Assembly (NCBI RefSeq): GCF_001194135.2
Contig: NC_068997.1
Coordinates: forward strand, 46,162,698-46,226,697
Direction: 5' to 3'
DNA length: 64,000 nt
DNA from: Octopus bimaculoides
Taxonomy: Eukaryota
Positions 1 to 13,468 of this stretch are shown here, piece by piece. Each line of letters opens with the position of its first letter. Within the stretch, counting starts at the first letter, position 1. Below the pieces are notes generated by a model, which saw nothing but the letters and a program-made list of their open reading frames with translations, did not search any database and was not told the origin of the DNA. The position numbers were made by a program, and so were the translations under genes.

Positions 1-360
1 CTGAAAAGTAATGTTGTGGTTTTCATGAGGTATTTTAGTTAAATACTAATTCCTTCTCTATAAACTTTTCCAGATTTTTAAGATATTCTTGACAAAGTTC
101 ATAAAATTTCATATCTGAGTCTTTGATACAACCCCTCAATTACTGCTTTTACTGTATCATCACCAAGAACAGTTGATCTTCCTGATTGATATTTTCATCA
201 GTGATATCACCATTCTTAAATTTGTTAAGCCATCACTGTCATTATGGTACACTCACTCCATCAGGGTATACGGTGTATAAAGTTTTTATTGCTTATGTTG
301 CACTATTGCCTTTGCAAAATTTGTAAAGTATGCCACATCAAATATGATACTCTTTAAAGT

Positions 361-541
361 TCTTGACAACCGATGGTGGTATGTCTACGTCCCCCGTAAC
401 TTAGCGGTTCAGCAAAAGGGACCGATAGAATAAGTACTAGGCTTACAAAGAATAAGTCCTGGGGTCGATTTGCTCGACTAAAGGTGGTGCTCCAGCATGG
501 CTGCAGTCAAATGACTGAAACAAGTAAAAGAGTAAAAGAGT
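361..541 (+). mobile_element. SINE-like dispersed repeat (3' part)
   Basis: cttgacaaccgatggtgg...gaataagtactagg...gactgaaacaagtaaaag recurs at about 20200-20280 and 60480-60660. Confidence 0.7.
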
Positions 542-888
542 GATAGGTGTTGGTTATGGTCACTCAATGCCTGAACAGCTGTCATCACGTGTGTGTGTTG
601 GCTAAAAAGAAACCACCTGATATTACTTGACAGCACCAGTGCTCTCTGACACTACTAGAGGAATTGATACTCTTTGTATACTGAATGTACACTTAATCTG
701 TTGTTTAATATCACCGCAAGACCCTTGTGTACCTCAGTGAAATCCACTCAATAGTCACATAGCTTAATATTGGTGTATACACCAACTTCCATAAGGATAT
801 CAAAGTATTATATATAGAATAGATTTCTGAAGACATCTGTGTTGAGATAATTTTCTACCCTTTGTGTTTAATTTACCTCTATTTTCAG

Positions 889-1610
889 GATACCCTATGA
901 ATTCAGAAGAGATACAGGACTAAGTCGAGAAAGATTCATTGGCTCTGATCAAGGACGAGATTCTGACAGACGAAATATTTCAGCTCATGATAGATTAGGC
1001 CGAGTGAGAAGTTCTCCTGGTGAGTTTTCATTGTTTTCTCACTGTATATATTAATCTGAAACTGTCTATTTCTCTTTCCCTTTCTCCAGTTGTGTCCTTT
1101 CCTCTGCATAGATATATATATCATTCTCTAGCTCTCGTTAGTTGATGTTTCTTAGTACATCCCCTCAGCCATATTCTTTTCCATATCTCTGTCTGTATAT
1201 TCACGAACCTTTTGCTTTTTTAGTCATCTCTCATTGTTCTATTTTAAAATTATATTTTCTTCCTTTCAGTTGGTGGACCTGACCAGAGACCTTGGGGTTC
1301 CAGCAGTGTAGATAGGAAAGTGGACAACTGGTCCCACATGCATGGAAACATTGGCAACAGCAGCATGAACCGATCCAATGGCCGGTGGCTTGGGGAGTCC
1401 ATGAACACAACTGGCCGTAATGCCACAGGAGCATTTGCTGACAATGGTAGACCCGGTAACAATGAAGGGATGGGGCAGAACTTGAGACCTGGTAACATGT
1501 TTAGCAGCTCTCAGTCACAGGGTGGGATGATGATGAATACGCATGGTGGTGGTAATTTTGGTGGTAATAACATGGGTGGTCGAATGCAAGAGCCTTGTTT
1601 TGATGCTTAA
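889..1610 (+). CDS. 3' end (last two coding exons) of an upstream SAFB/SLTM-like paralogue; 5' part lies outside the window
   Basis: Exons 889-1019 (ttttcag|G...CCTG|gtgagt, phase 2 to 1) and 1270-1610 (tttcag|, stop TAA) join in frame: [70 protein letters not shown]...GGRMQEPCFDA. They are clearly homologous to exons 21746-21885 and 22361-22650 of the downstream SAFB-like gene. Confidence 0.85.
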
Positions 1611-2115
1611 AAGATTGAGGCTTGTGTGAAACTCAAACTGAGGACTTTGTTACAGTTGGAGATGGAAGTCAGAGCAGGGTGTTTGTCTCGGAAGAGCAGA
1701 TGGAATTTGAGACACAGAATAAAACCTTCCTTTACTGTCACATATTCTCCATTCCAGTTGTTATTTTCTCTTCAGTTCTTGGACATCTCATCATTCTTTC
1801 TGTTTATATTTATCATATTTAACATATAACACATACACACACACACCACGCATACACTGTCTTCTCTATATCACAATCTCTACCCACTATTTTTACTGTC
1901 TTAATGTATTTATTTCCTATGTATGTGTTGCTATATTTTATTTCCTAACATTCTTCCTCCTCCTTCATGCAGTTGAATGTAATAAATGAGAGAGAAGTGA
2001 GTGGAAGAGAGAACAAATAGACTGTATTGATGAAAGTGGGGGAGCAGGAAAGAAGAGCAACAACAGACTGTTATAACAAAGTACAAGAGACCACATAGAA
2101 TGTAATATATGGAGA

Positions 2116-2121
2116 AATAAA
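2116..2121 (+). terminator. Poly(A) signal AATAAA of the upstream SAFB-like paralogue
   Basis: AATAAA with TGTA at 2101-2104 and a T-rich tract downstream; the same block is conserved at 23162-23167 in the second paralogue. Confidence 0.6.
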
Positions 2122-3645
2122 TTTTATTTGCTGTAAAATATATAAAGGATGTTGTTGATGTTATCATTTTTTTTTTTTACATCTTTATCTTTCCTCTCTT
2201 GTTTTTTCCATTTTATTTTATATATCAATTTATCTATTTTAATTTATTAGTTAGAAGGGAGAGCGTCCATAATAACATTTGCAGGTTTTTCTCCTGGGCT
2301 TGTGAGATGGATGTGACTAATTATCCAGCCTGGACATCAGATGAAAAAGTATTTGGTTTCCACATATTCAACTTTAATTCCAAATAACATCAGATTCTTT
2401 AATTTACGAGATAAAGTAATTGGTTGATCGTAACCAAAATTCAGAGTTGCATTGATATACCAAAATTGAAAGCAATCTGAGCAAAATTAAAGGGGGGCTC
2501 ATTTTGCGAATGAGAAAGACTAGATTCTCTATGTTCTGAGCTCAAATTCTGCATGCATCAACTCTGCCTTTCTTCCTTTCCGGGTCGATGTAATCAAAGT
2601 ACCTCTCCCCTAAAATTGCTGGCCTTGTGCCTAAATTTGAAATCTATATAACAAGAGTGTTGTTGTTTTTAAAAAGAAACCTTGAAATTCCTGAAACGGT
2701 GCAAGAAATAATTGTTTTTACATAATCGTAAAATAAAGGGCAGCCATAAACTGATAGTGCCAATCTATTAAATTCTTCCCCTGTAAATGATCATCATGAA
2801 ATACCTACGTTGACCCCAGTGTTTGATTGGTACTAATTTTATCGACCCCAAAAGGATGAAAAGTGAAATCAACCTTAGCAGAATTTGAACTCAGAATGTT
2901 ACGACAGATGGTATGTCGCTAAGAATTTTGCTGGTGTGCTAAAGATACTGCCGGCTTGCTGCCCTGACCTGTTCCTAAATTAACAACACAACAACCATCA
3001 GTGGGCCTAAGTCACAGTACCACATTACTCAAAACTTCTGCTACTCATCTTTCAGCCTCATATATTGTATCACCTACAAACTTTATGGCATTCTTTTACA
3101 TTGGGAAAACAGGGGCAATTGGCTTGCTGATTGCTTTCATGAACACATTCAAAGCATTACACTACATATGTTACGTCAACTTGTTGCCACCCACTTCATC
3201 AAACTTTGAATCACTCTAACATTTTTCTGACTTTTTTTTTTTTTTCTGCAATAAATGATTCAATTCAGATTCAACGTGACAAATTATAGTGAAATATCAA
3301 ATTTGAAAATTTTCACTTCATTTCAAAATGTCCAAATTTGTGACAGCCACCAAGATTCGATTTCCCCCTTGTGGAAAAAATTTCAGGAACGTAGAATTCC
3401 GTAAAAGAGGAGAAAGCTTGAAGAATTACGAAAGAGACAGTGGTAATCTTTTCGGAATATACCAGGTATCAGGCTTGACGCTTGTGCCATCTGTTGGCAA
3501 AAGGTAGCTTCGCCACGGATAGAAGGGAGATAACTGTTATATAGAAAAATATTGAAACAGTAAATTGCGTCCTAACCAAGTTTTTTGCTTCAGCGTGAAA
3601 CCATTGGATTAACAAACCTCGACATTCACTTACATATATTATATC

Positions 3646-3780
3646 ATGGCCAGTGCAAGTGGTGAGATATCCAGTGACAAGTTAATAGATTTAAGGGTCG
3701 TGGATCTCCGCAGTGAACTGGAGAAACGAGGTCTGGACAAGACTGGAGTAAAGGCCGTGTTGTTGGAACGTCTGGAAAAG
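3646..3780 (+). CDS. SAFB: SAFB-like exon 1 (SAP DNA-binding domain)
   Basis: ATG at 3646, [45 protein letters not shown], donor AAG|GTAGGA. Confidence 0.92.
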
Positions 3781-6700
3781 GTAGGAGAGATCTTAATGAG
3801 CGACGGTGTTTATGTATAATATATATATATATATAATGGCATAGTGTTGTAATTATAAACAATGTTGGGGGGTTCTTGAACCTTGAAAACTCATGCAAAA
3901 ATGTCAAACAGATCAAAATAAACGTCTGAGTGTTGAAAGAAAATTATGGTTTCATTGTGGCGAAAGTCATTTGTAGCCATTTTAAACCCAAACGGTTTAT
4001 AAATGACTTTTGTTTGTATTTTATAAAAGCATAATTGGATTATTTGTTACTAAATATGAAAAGTCCTTCGTTGTATGTCTCTCTACCCCTGGTCACCCAG
4101 CACCGTTTCATTATTTACGGGAATCTAATGGAATAAATAGAATCAGTTGTTAAACGTTCGGCGAAAGACTGATGCGTAATGGCGGAGTTTTTCCAAACAA
4201 GCTCTGTCCCAAAAAGTTGGATTTTCTCTGTTTTCGCCGGGATTTATGAATTATTTGTTGCACCATGCACTCGAAAGAAGGTAAATCTTAATGGGGGGAA
4301 AGCTTGTTGGAAGAACAAAAAATTAAAAAATCACCTTTCTTTTGTATCTTCACTACCATCATCATATAAAGTCTTTTTTCCTTTCATTATTTTAGTTCAT
4401 ATTTTGAAATATATAATTCGAAGAATAATTAAAATCTGGTATTTTCGTTAGTTTTANNNNNNNNNNNNNNNNNNNNNNNNNNNNNNNNNNNNNNNNNNNN
4501 NNNNNNNNNNNNNNNNNNNNNNNNNNNNNNNNNNNNNNNNNNNNNNNNNNNNNNNNNNNNNNNNNNNNNNNNNNNNNNNNNNNNNNNNNNNNNNNNNNNN
4601 NNNNNNNNNNNNNNNNNNNNNNNNNNNNNNNNNNNNNNNNNNNNNNNNNNNNNNNNNNNNNNNNNNNNNNNNNNNNNNNNNNNNNNNNNNNNNNNNNNNN
4701 NNNNNNNNNNNNNNNNNNNNNNNNNNNNNNNNNNNNNNNNNNNNNNNNNNNNNNNNNNNNNNNNNNNNNNNNNNNNNNNNNNNNNNNNNNNNNNNNNNNN
4801 NNNNNNNNNNNNNNNNNNNNNNNNNNNNNNNNNNNNNNNNNNNNNNNNNNNNNNNNNNNNNNNNNNNNNNNNNNNNNNNNNNNNNNNNNNNNNNNNNNNN
4901 NNNNNNNNNNNNNNNNNNNNNNNNNNNNNNNNNNNNNNNNNNNNTGATATATGTAGAGAACTAGTTTTATTACTAGGAATGGAACGAAAGTACATTTAGA
5001 GGCCCTGGCCTGGGGAACAAATGCACAACTCAATAACGATCCTCTTTACATATATTTGTCTTTGAGCGGTCAAATTTCGTTTTTGCCACGGTTATCTACT
5101 AGGGAACTGTAATGCAGGGGAATAGCAGCTCAACCTGTTCTTCAGCATTGGGGGCACCTCTTTCCAGTACCACTCTACTGTCCACTGCCCGAAAATCTCT
5201 GTCCTCAACAGTATAAGAAGTACAGTCCCTCACAGAACTCTGCTCCCTCTCATGTTGCAGACTCACAGCGCATGACACCCCTACACCACCAAATGAAACC
5301 ATATCTCCACCAACATTGACACCTCCAAGGTGTTTGATTGTGTCCATCCCCATCACCACATCAATTCTGTCTACTACATGGTCAATCATAATCAGTCACA
5401 GCTTCGATGTCATACCTCGCACTGCTATCTCCATGTCATTGCTACCCTTACATCCAATTTTGCTGCCGTCGACCACCCAAACACTACTTGTCTCCTTCCA
5501 TTTTCTCGCTGCCTGGCAGTTGTTGCAGTTGCACTGATACATTGTTGGGAAAGCCATTTATGAGGGCCAGTCATTCTGCCTTCTGTAGACTCTCTCTGGT
5601 TAAAGCCAGACAGCAAGGCCAGTCTCTGAATCTCTGCAGCATATTCATCAACCTGTCCACCTGACCATTCCCACCTTAACAAACGCAGCGTACAACATCT
5701 ACTCCATATAAGCTTCCCTCAAGTGCTGCTCAATCTTCACCACACTCTGTATTGCCAGTGATGAAAAAATAATAAAGGAAGTGCATACTTGTAGATGTTT
5801 TTTATATGTAAGTTGTGTGTACTTGTGTACATGCAGGTGTGGATGTAACAACACTGGTTGCTTAGAAGCTTCCTTCCGAGCCATTTGGTCTTGGGTTCAA
5901 TTCCACTGCACAGCACCTTGGTTCAGAAATACATCTATCTCAAAATCTTTACCTATTGTCATCCTGCATTTTATTCTATTACACTTCTTATGCATCCATA
6001 GGTCACATGGGGTACATGGAATAGAATTTGTATCCACTCCTTTTTTTGGTGAGTTAAGCACGGTCATTTCCTAAACTCTCGGTGCCTTGTCTTTTAACTT
6101 ACTTTCTTAGCAAGTAAGGAACTTTAGTCTGTGTTGGGTTTACTCTGAAGCACCTTCATTGTAGGCTTTCCAATCTTGGAATTTTTTTTCTCTAAACCTT
6201 CCAAAGACTCTGCTGTAAGAACCCGATCATCAGCATGGAAGAGCTTTCGTGGGCATGATCTTAAACTCCACTGTTATGGTTTAGAAGACTATTAAATTGG
6301 TGGGACCTAAGAACTGAGCCCAGAAGAATATCTACTTGCTCTGCAAATTCTTTGCTGAACTCTTTGCCAACCCACACTTTGCTGTCTGCGTCTCCATACA
6401 TGGTTTGCACTACTCTCACTAACCATTCACCTGAATACCAGTTTAATAATGAACAGTTCTTTTACTGAGTCTTTTGTTATTTTCTCAATTAGTTGCAACA
6501 AACACAGTGTATTTCAACAGAAATATGGTTTAAAAATACAAAAACCAAAACGGTTTAACTAGGATTGAAGGAAAATGGCTCCCACCCTTTAAAACTGGTC
6601 CCACGAGAGAGGAGTCACCACACACTTATNNNNNNNNNNNNNNNNNNNNNNNNNNNNNNNNNNNNNNNNNNNNNNNNNNNNNNNNNNNNNNNNNNNNNNN

Positions 6701-9700
6701 NNNNNNNNNNNNNNNNNNNNNNNNNNNNNTCTACTAACTAAATTACACTACTTGATAATTAGTTTTGGATTTGACATTTAACTTAATAATATGTATGAAA
6801 ATATTTCTTGTTGAGTCTGGTAATTACCTACATTCAACAGAGTTAACCAGCTATAAATTTCACAGATAATTCTTCAAACAAAAAACCATTTGAGATCCAA
6901 ATATCTTGTCACATTTACACAGTTACATTAAATATAAAGGGAAGCAATGTAATACGACTGTATGCATTTTGTTTCATCATTTGTTGCTGTTCCTCATGTC
7001 AGGTATTTTCTTTCTTTGCTTTTTAGGAAGAACCTGACGAACCATTAATGGATACCACAGGTATGTCCTTCACTTGTGTTAAATTTCTTAAAATTATCAT
7101 CTTGTTGTATAGTTTGGTTGACTTTACTCCGGCTGTTGAGTCCTTCTCTATCTTTCAGTGAATATAATAAAACACAACTCTAAATATAATATTCACACAG
7201 ATTGTGATTTTCCAGTGGTATATATGTTGTTAATGAAGGTTTGTGTTATTGAAATCATATAAATTTCTGGTTTATGGATGAACTATATTGGTTCAATACA
7301 TGATAATCAACTACTAATTTTGCTATATGGTGTTATTTGAAAAATGTTTACTGCCATTCCACCACTGACAGTTGGTTTGTACAGTTCAGTTTTGAAAATT
7401 ATAATTGGTTTAGTTGGAAGGTTTATATCCAGTTATTGATATAGTGCAGTGTCGGTTTTTTGTAGAAAAGATGTAAAAGCAAAAATATTGTTTGCCCTTT
7501 TCTTTTTTATAAGGATAGTCAATACTGGCTCCTCTACTATAGTGTGTGTGTGTGTTGCTTTAAGTCAAGTGGTTTATAGTTTTCTTGTTTATACCATGTG
7601 TTGCCGTATCACATGTATTTTATTTTTTAATATCTATATTTGTTTAGTTCAACATTTTTAGCAATTAGTTTACTCTGCTTATTTATTCAAATTGTTTCGA
7701 ATTAATCCCTCATTATCTCTTAACTTTGAATTTTTGATGATGTGGTTATTTTTAGAGTGGCATTGTTGTGTAGGTGTGAGATGCTGGATCTGACCAGTTT
7801 GAACATAACATAGGTAGAATATTTGGACTGAGTTAAAATTAGATTTAGATGTATAATTTTGGATTTCTACTTGTTTTATCAGATTAAGAAATTTTTCATG
7901 GGAATGCGTGTCATATTTTGAATATTGTTTTGTTGCTTTAACATAAGCAAAAGGTGACTTCATTTATAAATGAAGTAGAATTAGATTGTGTGAGACTCGT
8001 GCTTTTTTATAATGCAATAATATGAAATAGAAATATCATTTAGAAACAGAAACAAAACCAGGATTTAGATAGTTGTCTGATCCTTACCTCTTTAACATAC
8101 GTATTATCAATTTGTCATCTGATATAAGCAAAATACTCCACGGATGTAAAGAAGGAGAATTGGAATGTTAGCTCATTCATGCCATTCCTCTCTGACAACA
8201 AAAATTAAAATTTGGTTGTGAACTTGATTACATTGGTAGGAGAATTAATTTCTTAATGTTTCAAGAAAAAAATGATTGCAAAATAGCATAAAAATAATTT
8301 CTAATAATTCATGACATCACTTGCAGAAGTGGTTCTGAGTAGAGAAAGTTTTTTTTTTTAGCACAAATAATAAAATAATGGATGAATAATTGTTGATTCA
8401 AGGTAATGGTTGACAGGACTTTTTTCAAGGAATGTAATAATTATTTGAATTCAGAAATTTTGAAACCTGTATTCAGAATGTGTAGTATATGGCAACTAAA
8501 GATTCCTGCCACCCCACCGACTTTGGATGATCATAACTTTCAGAAAAATGGATATTTTTTAATGAAATTTTCTACGAATATGTGTTATATCATGTAGATT
8601 CCGAATATACAAAACTTTTGGGGGAAAGTGTTTTAGGAGGGGATGGGGTGGGGAATTTCGGAAAATTCACCAGTGTCCACTTCAATTCGTCTTAACTCTC
8701 AAGAAAATATATTTTTTAATGAAATTTTCTACAAATATACCTCGGACTATGTAGATTCCGAGAACATAGGAATTTGGGAGGAAACCAATTGGGGGTTACT
8801 TTTGAGGACCATTCCCCACTCGGGGGTGTTTCAGAACAAGTCGTCCATATTTGTTTCATTTTCTCCGTTTTGTGCATTTGTGCATCCATAGATTTCTAGT
8901 CCTCACACACATATATTTGTAATTAAGAAAGTTCAAACGGGGAATTATTCTATTCAATGTCTTTCTGTTAGAAACGTTTAGACCTTTATCTGGTATTTTT
9001 AGCATAACGAGTTTTCTGGTGACAGCTTAATTGCTTGCTGCTTCTGTAGAAATCTACGGATACAGTCAGAGGAAGGTTGCACCAATGACATTTGTAAGAC
9101 ATTATAGGCTGGTGGAAGTAAAAGGTGGAAAAATTAGATGTTGCTAATCACTATTTGATCCTTTAAGTAACACAGTTGGAATTCACTGTCTGTGTGTTTC
9201 TTTCAAATAGGCTGTCCTCTTGGGGTGTTATTCATGAGGTTGGGCCTCAGTTATATCTTGTAGCAGCGTTTCACTGGAGGACTACTCCATTTGTACTCTT
9301 TAACAAACTATAGCACTATACAGTGGAAGCTGCAATCTGAAGCAGCACATCAAGATATTGTGTTATACTGAAACCTTGTTCCAATGTTTGCGATAGAGTA
9401 GGTCTACTGCTCGATAATTTCATATTTACATATATTCTGGGTATGCCAGGTGTTTTGGAAGAAGACCTAACAATTTTACACGGTGTATACCACATTTTAA
9501 CTTTCTCATTTCTCTTTCAGACACATCAGCAATCCAACATAGGAAATGTAAAGGCATGCTGTGCTTGTGTCTCTAGCCACCAACCACAGTGACTTGGAGA
9601 CTGACAGCTTCTTAAACATGGTCAATTCCTTTGTGTTTAAGATCAGGAAAGAGCTAGAGATCACTGGCAAGGATATATGAAATATTTTCTCTGGTCAGAC

Positions 9701-12700
9701 ATCATGAGGATGGCTATATTCATCCAGCAAGTCCAGGACATGAACAATGATGATGCCTAACGAATTTATGAAATCTATTGCCAAGCATCTCAATGTGGTA
9801 GTGTCCACTAGAAGACGTGTTGTGCATGAGGACGTCGTGTACAAGTTCAATATGATGAGGAGAGAGCAGTTTATGTCTGGCAAAACCTAGGAGACCCATG
9901 TAATCTGATTGAAGTACTTGCTGGACAAGCTCAAACCAAGAAACCAGTCATTCCTTGGTTTTTCTTTAACAAACGTTGACCAGGACTAGAAGCTGTACAG
10001 GGGAAAATGACAGGTAGCTTAGCATAGAAATTAGCATAGAACTTAGAGTGATTAACATTATCTGTGATAGTCCTTGGGGGTCATGAATATTGAGGGCCAT
10101 GTCACACTGTCTCAGCTTTTTCTCATAGGGCTTGAGGTAAGCTCTTCCACTGGGACTATGATCCATCCTGCGTGGCGCTCAAACCCATGTGTGGTTGCCT
10201 GAGAATTCTCGTGATTTTGATATCTTAGGTTTCTTGATTTGGACTCCCATGGAGTACCGTGTCAGGGGTATTGTTGAGAGAGATACTAACTGGTGACTCC
10301 ACAATACCAAGGATTCCTTGAAGGCTACCTTTGTGAATGTGATTGGTAGCATGTTTGAGAACCATCTGACACTGGCATCGTCTTTTCTGTGGTCACATGA
10401 AGGCCATCATTGAGGCTGGCTGGGGGTGGTTTTAGTGAATAACCTGCTCCTTTAATATATCCCGTTGAACATGTGTACCAGTTTTTGAAAATGTTCTGTC
10501 TATTATTTTTGTTTTTCTTTACACTTAATTTCATTGTGAATTACGACATTCACCTCCTGCGTGTGTTTGTATTCATATGTCTAGATACAAAGTAGCTGAT
10601 GGAAGAGGTCATTGAAACACCAGCATATTCTTGTGCTATTGCTTTATCTTTGAGCTGGACACTTTTGTGACTCTCAGTGCATCTTGATATAGGTAAAGAC
10701 TCTACATCTAGGGATCTGGCTGGCAACCAACTGATATCCTATTTCAGAACATTCGTCTTTCCCTCATTTATTGCTACAGAATACTCTATTCTGTATAGAT
10801 TTGTGGAAAATGTAATACATATACATTCAGTACAACTGAGAAATTATTTTTCTGAACAATGGATGACTTAGTGATGGGTTTCAAACCTTACTACAGTCAT
10901 TTTATTGCATCTCTGATAAAATTACTTGCCATTGCATAAACAGTGCATGATTATTGAAATTTGCTAAAACCCTCCTGCTTGTAGTTACACAGGCAAATGA
11001 TGCAATATATGCATATGTGCCACGTGCCATTGCACAAGCAGCATAGTATGTTCCAGAGTATATCCAGATCCCATAATTTCTGAGAGCTTTGTCCATTGTT
11101 CTATACAAGTACTTCAGTTGTATTTTGAATGTAAGTTGTGGGCAATACCATTGAAGACATCTGCAGTGAATATTTGATGCTAAATTTCTATGTGAAGTAT
11201 AATTATTATCCATATTTCAGCTATAGAGCTTATAGTCCATTGATCCTGTAGGATTACTAGACTAAGAGCTGTTATTAGTAATGTTTTCTTATTTGCATTC
11301 TTTATTTCTTATTTAAACTCTCACCACAGCACAGTCTGTTGTGGAGTGAGATTTAACAAGTTTTCATTTCGTATCAACTATTTCATTCTAAATTAACTTT
11401 CTGTAGCACCTCCAGAACAGTCATCTTCGTCAGCGGAGACAAATACTAAAGAAGAAAAGAATGAAATGTCCTCATCAACAGAGAATAACACAAAAGAAGA
11501 AAATAGTGAAGAAAAGTCCTCGTCAGCCAGTGTGAAAAGCACAAATCCATCACAGAAATGTAATGAACTGAAAGGAGACAAGGTGGCCAAATCAGCCCTC
11601 ACGGACAGTTTACCTTCAACACCAAGTGTTCCGCATAAAGTGCCATTTGCATTAAAAAATAAAATGAATATGGACACTTCCACCACTCAACAGAGTGAAG
11701 AAAATGAATCACTGATTGTACATGTTGATGATACACAGAACGATTTAGATGCTGATCTTGTGGCATCGAAGGACAAAGTGCGTGGCAAAACTGAAGTGAA
11801 GAAAACAGATGGAAGCAAAGTTGAAGAAAGGGCTAAAGGTAAAACAGAAGGAGGGCAAACTGAGAAGAAGGCTGATGAAAAGAAAGATGATAAAGATGTA
11901 AAGTCGAAGAGGTTGGTTTTCATGTCATCTTTCCCACTGCTTTGATTCAAAGATGTCATTAGTTAAATGATCTTACTTCTCGGTAACAGATGTTGACATC
12001 TTGACTGCAACTGGGGTCTACANNNNNNNNNNNNNNNNNNNNNNNNNNNNNNNNNNNNNNNNNNNNNNNNNNNNNNNNNNNNNNNNNNNNNNNNNNNNNN
12101 NNNNNNNNNNNNNNNNNNNNNNNNNNNNNNNNNNNNNNNNNNNNNNNNNNNNNNNNNNNNNNNNNNNNNNNNNNNNNNNNNNNNNNNNNNNNNNNNNNNN
12201 NNNNNNNNNNNNNNNNNNNNNNNNNNNNNNNNNNNNNNNNNNNNNNNNNNNNNNNNNNNNNNNNNNNNNNNNNNNNNNNNNNNNNNNNNNNNNNNNNNNN
12301 NNNNNNNNNNNNNNNNNNNNNNNNNNNNNNNNNNNNNNNNNTGTAATGATTGTACTGTGGAAATAATATTAAACACGTAGCCTGGGCTATAAATGACCTG
12401 AACTTATCTGAGGTATATTTCCATTAGTTATTCATGTTTGAGACAAAAAGGAATGTATTAAAAACCCACGTTTGCTCCTGGGTCATTTGCTAGTCTCTTA
12501 AAAGATTGATGTAACTTCGTCTTGAGTGTAGATGTGAGGGATGATACCAATGAGGATGTTTGCTAGTTAATGTTGCGCTATCTTTATTAGTAAGTATTCA
12601 TCATATTTTAGATGGTTATTGTAAACTGTAGTTCATGAACTAAAAAAGGGCCAGCAAAGTGTTTGGGGGTTGGCTGGAAATCAGGAATCTCAGTTGAAAT

Positions 12701-13432
12701 ATAATTACACATGCTCAAAGTCAGATATTAAATGATTACCAAATTACTGATGTGTTATCTCCAGGAACAGATAAATCAATGTCAAGACGCAAAAATGTCT
12801 GGATGAAGACACCAACAAACAATTGAAACAGAAGAGGAGGAGGAGGGATCCCGAGTTCCCAAGAATACAAAGATGGGATTCAGTGGATGTTAGATAATGT
12901 TTTTGACAAGATACAAATTGGAAGATGTTTGGAAAACCAGAAGACTAAGTCAGTGGTTCCTGTATTCCAGCCATGTTCCTGCTAAATTAGCAGTTAATGT
13001 TTAGGGAGTTCCACATTTCTTGCTGACCTTTTTAGTTTCATGAAGACTATAGTTCCTGTGTTTCTGTACATTTTTCTTTGTAAGTACTGATGTGTAGAGT
13101 CAGTTGTTAGCTAGTTTAGGTAATCCATTTATTGTCTTAACCAATATCTTCATTTGAAATTAGTGGTTTTTTTATATTCATTTATTCCTGAAAGGGGATA
13201 ATAAATGACTATTATAAAAATACAGCAGGTAAGCTTCTTTCATCATGATACTTTTCCCCATGTGCAATAATAATTTGTTAATAGAAATATTTATATTACT
13301 ACATAATGTGTAGAACATCTTTACTTTAATGAATATTAGTTATGTTGTTATATCATTCTCCCTCCCTTACGTAGTAATAAACATGTCTTTAAGAAGTGCG
13401 TATATGTGTGTGTATGTGGAAATGTGTGTGTG

Positions 13433-13468
<36 letters not shown>

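Noticed and set aside
3484-3497. CTCF-like motif (CCAACAGATGGCAC, minus strand) between the SAFB paralogues
   Set aside because: A single imperfect short motif with no supporting evidence; it could equally be an E-box in the promoter.
4392-5033. Long ORFs in the track that span N runs (also near 12.0-12.4, 50.2-50.8 and 51.3-51.7 kb)
   Set aside because: Artefacts of translating assembly gaps.
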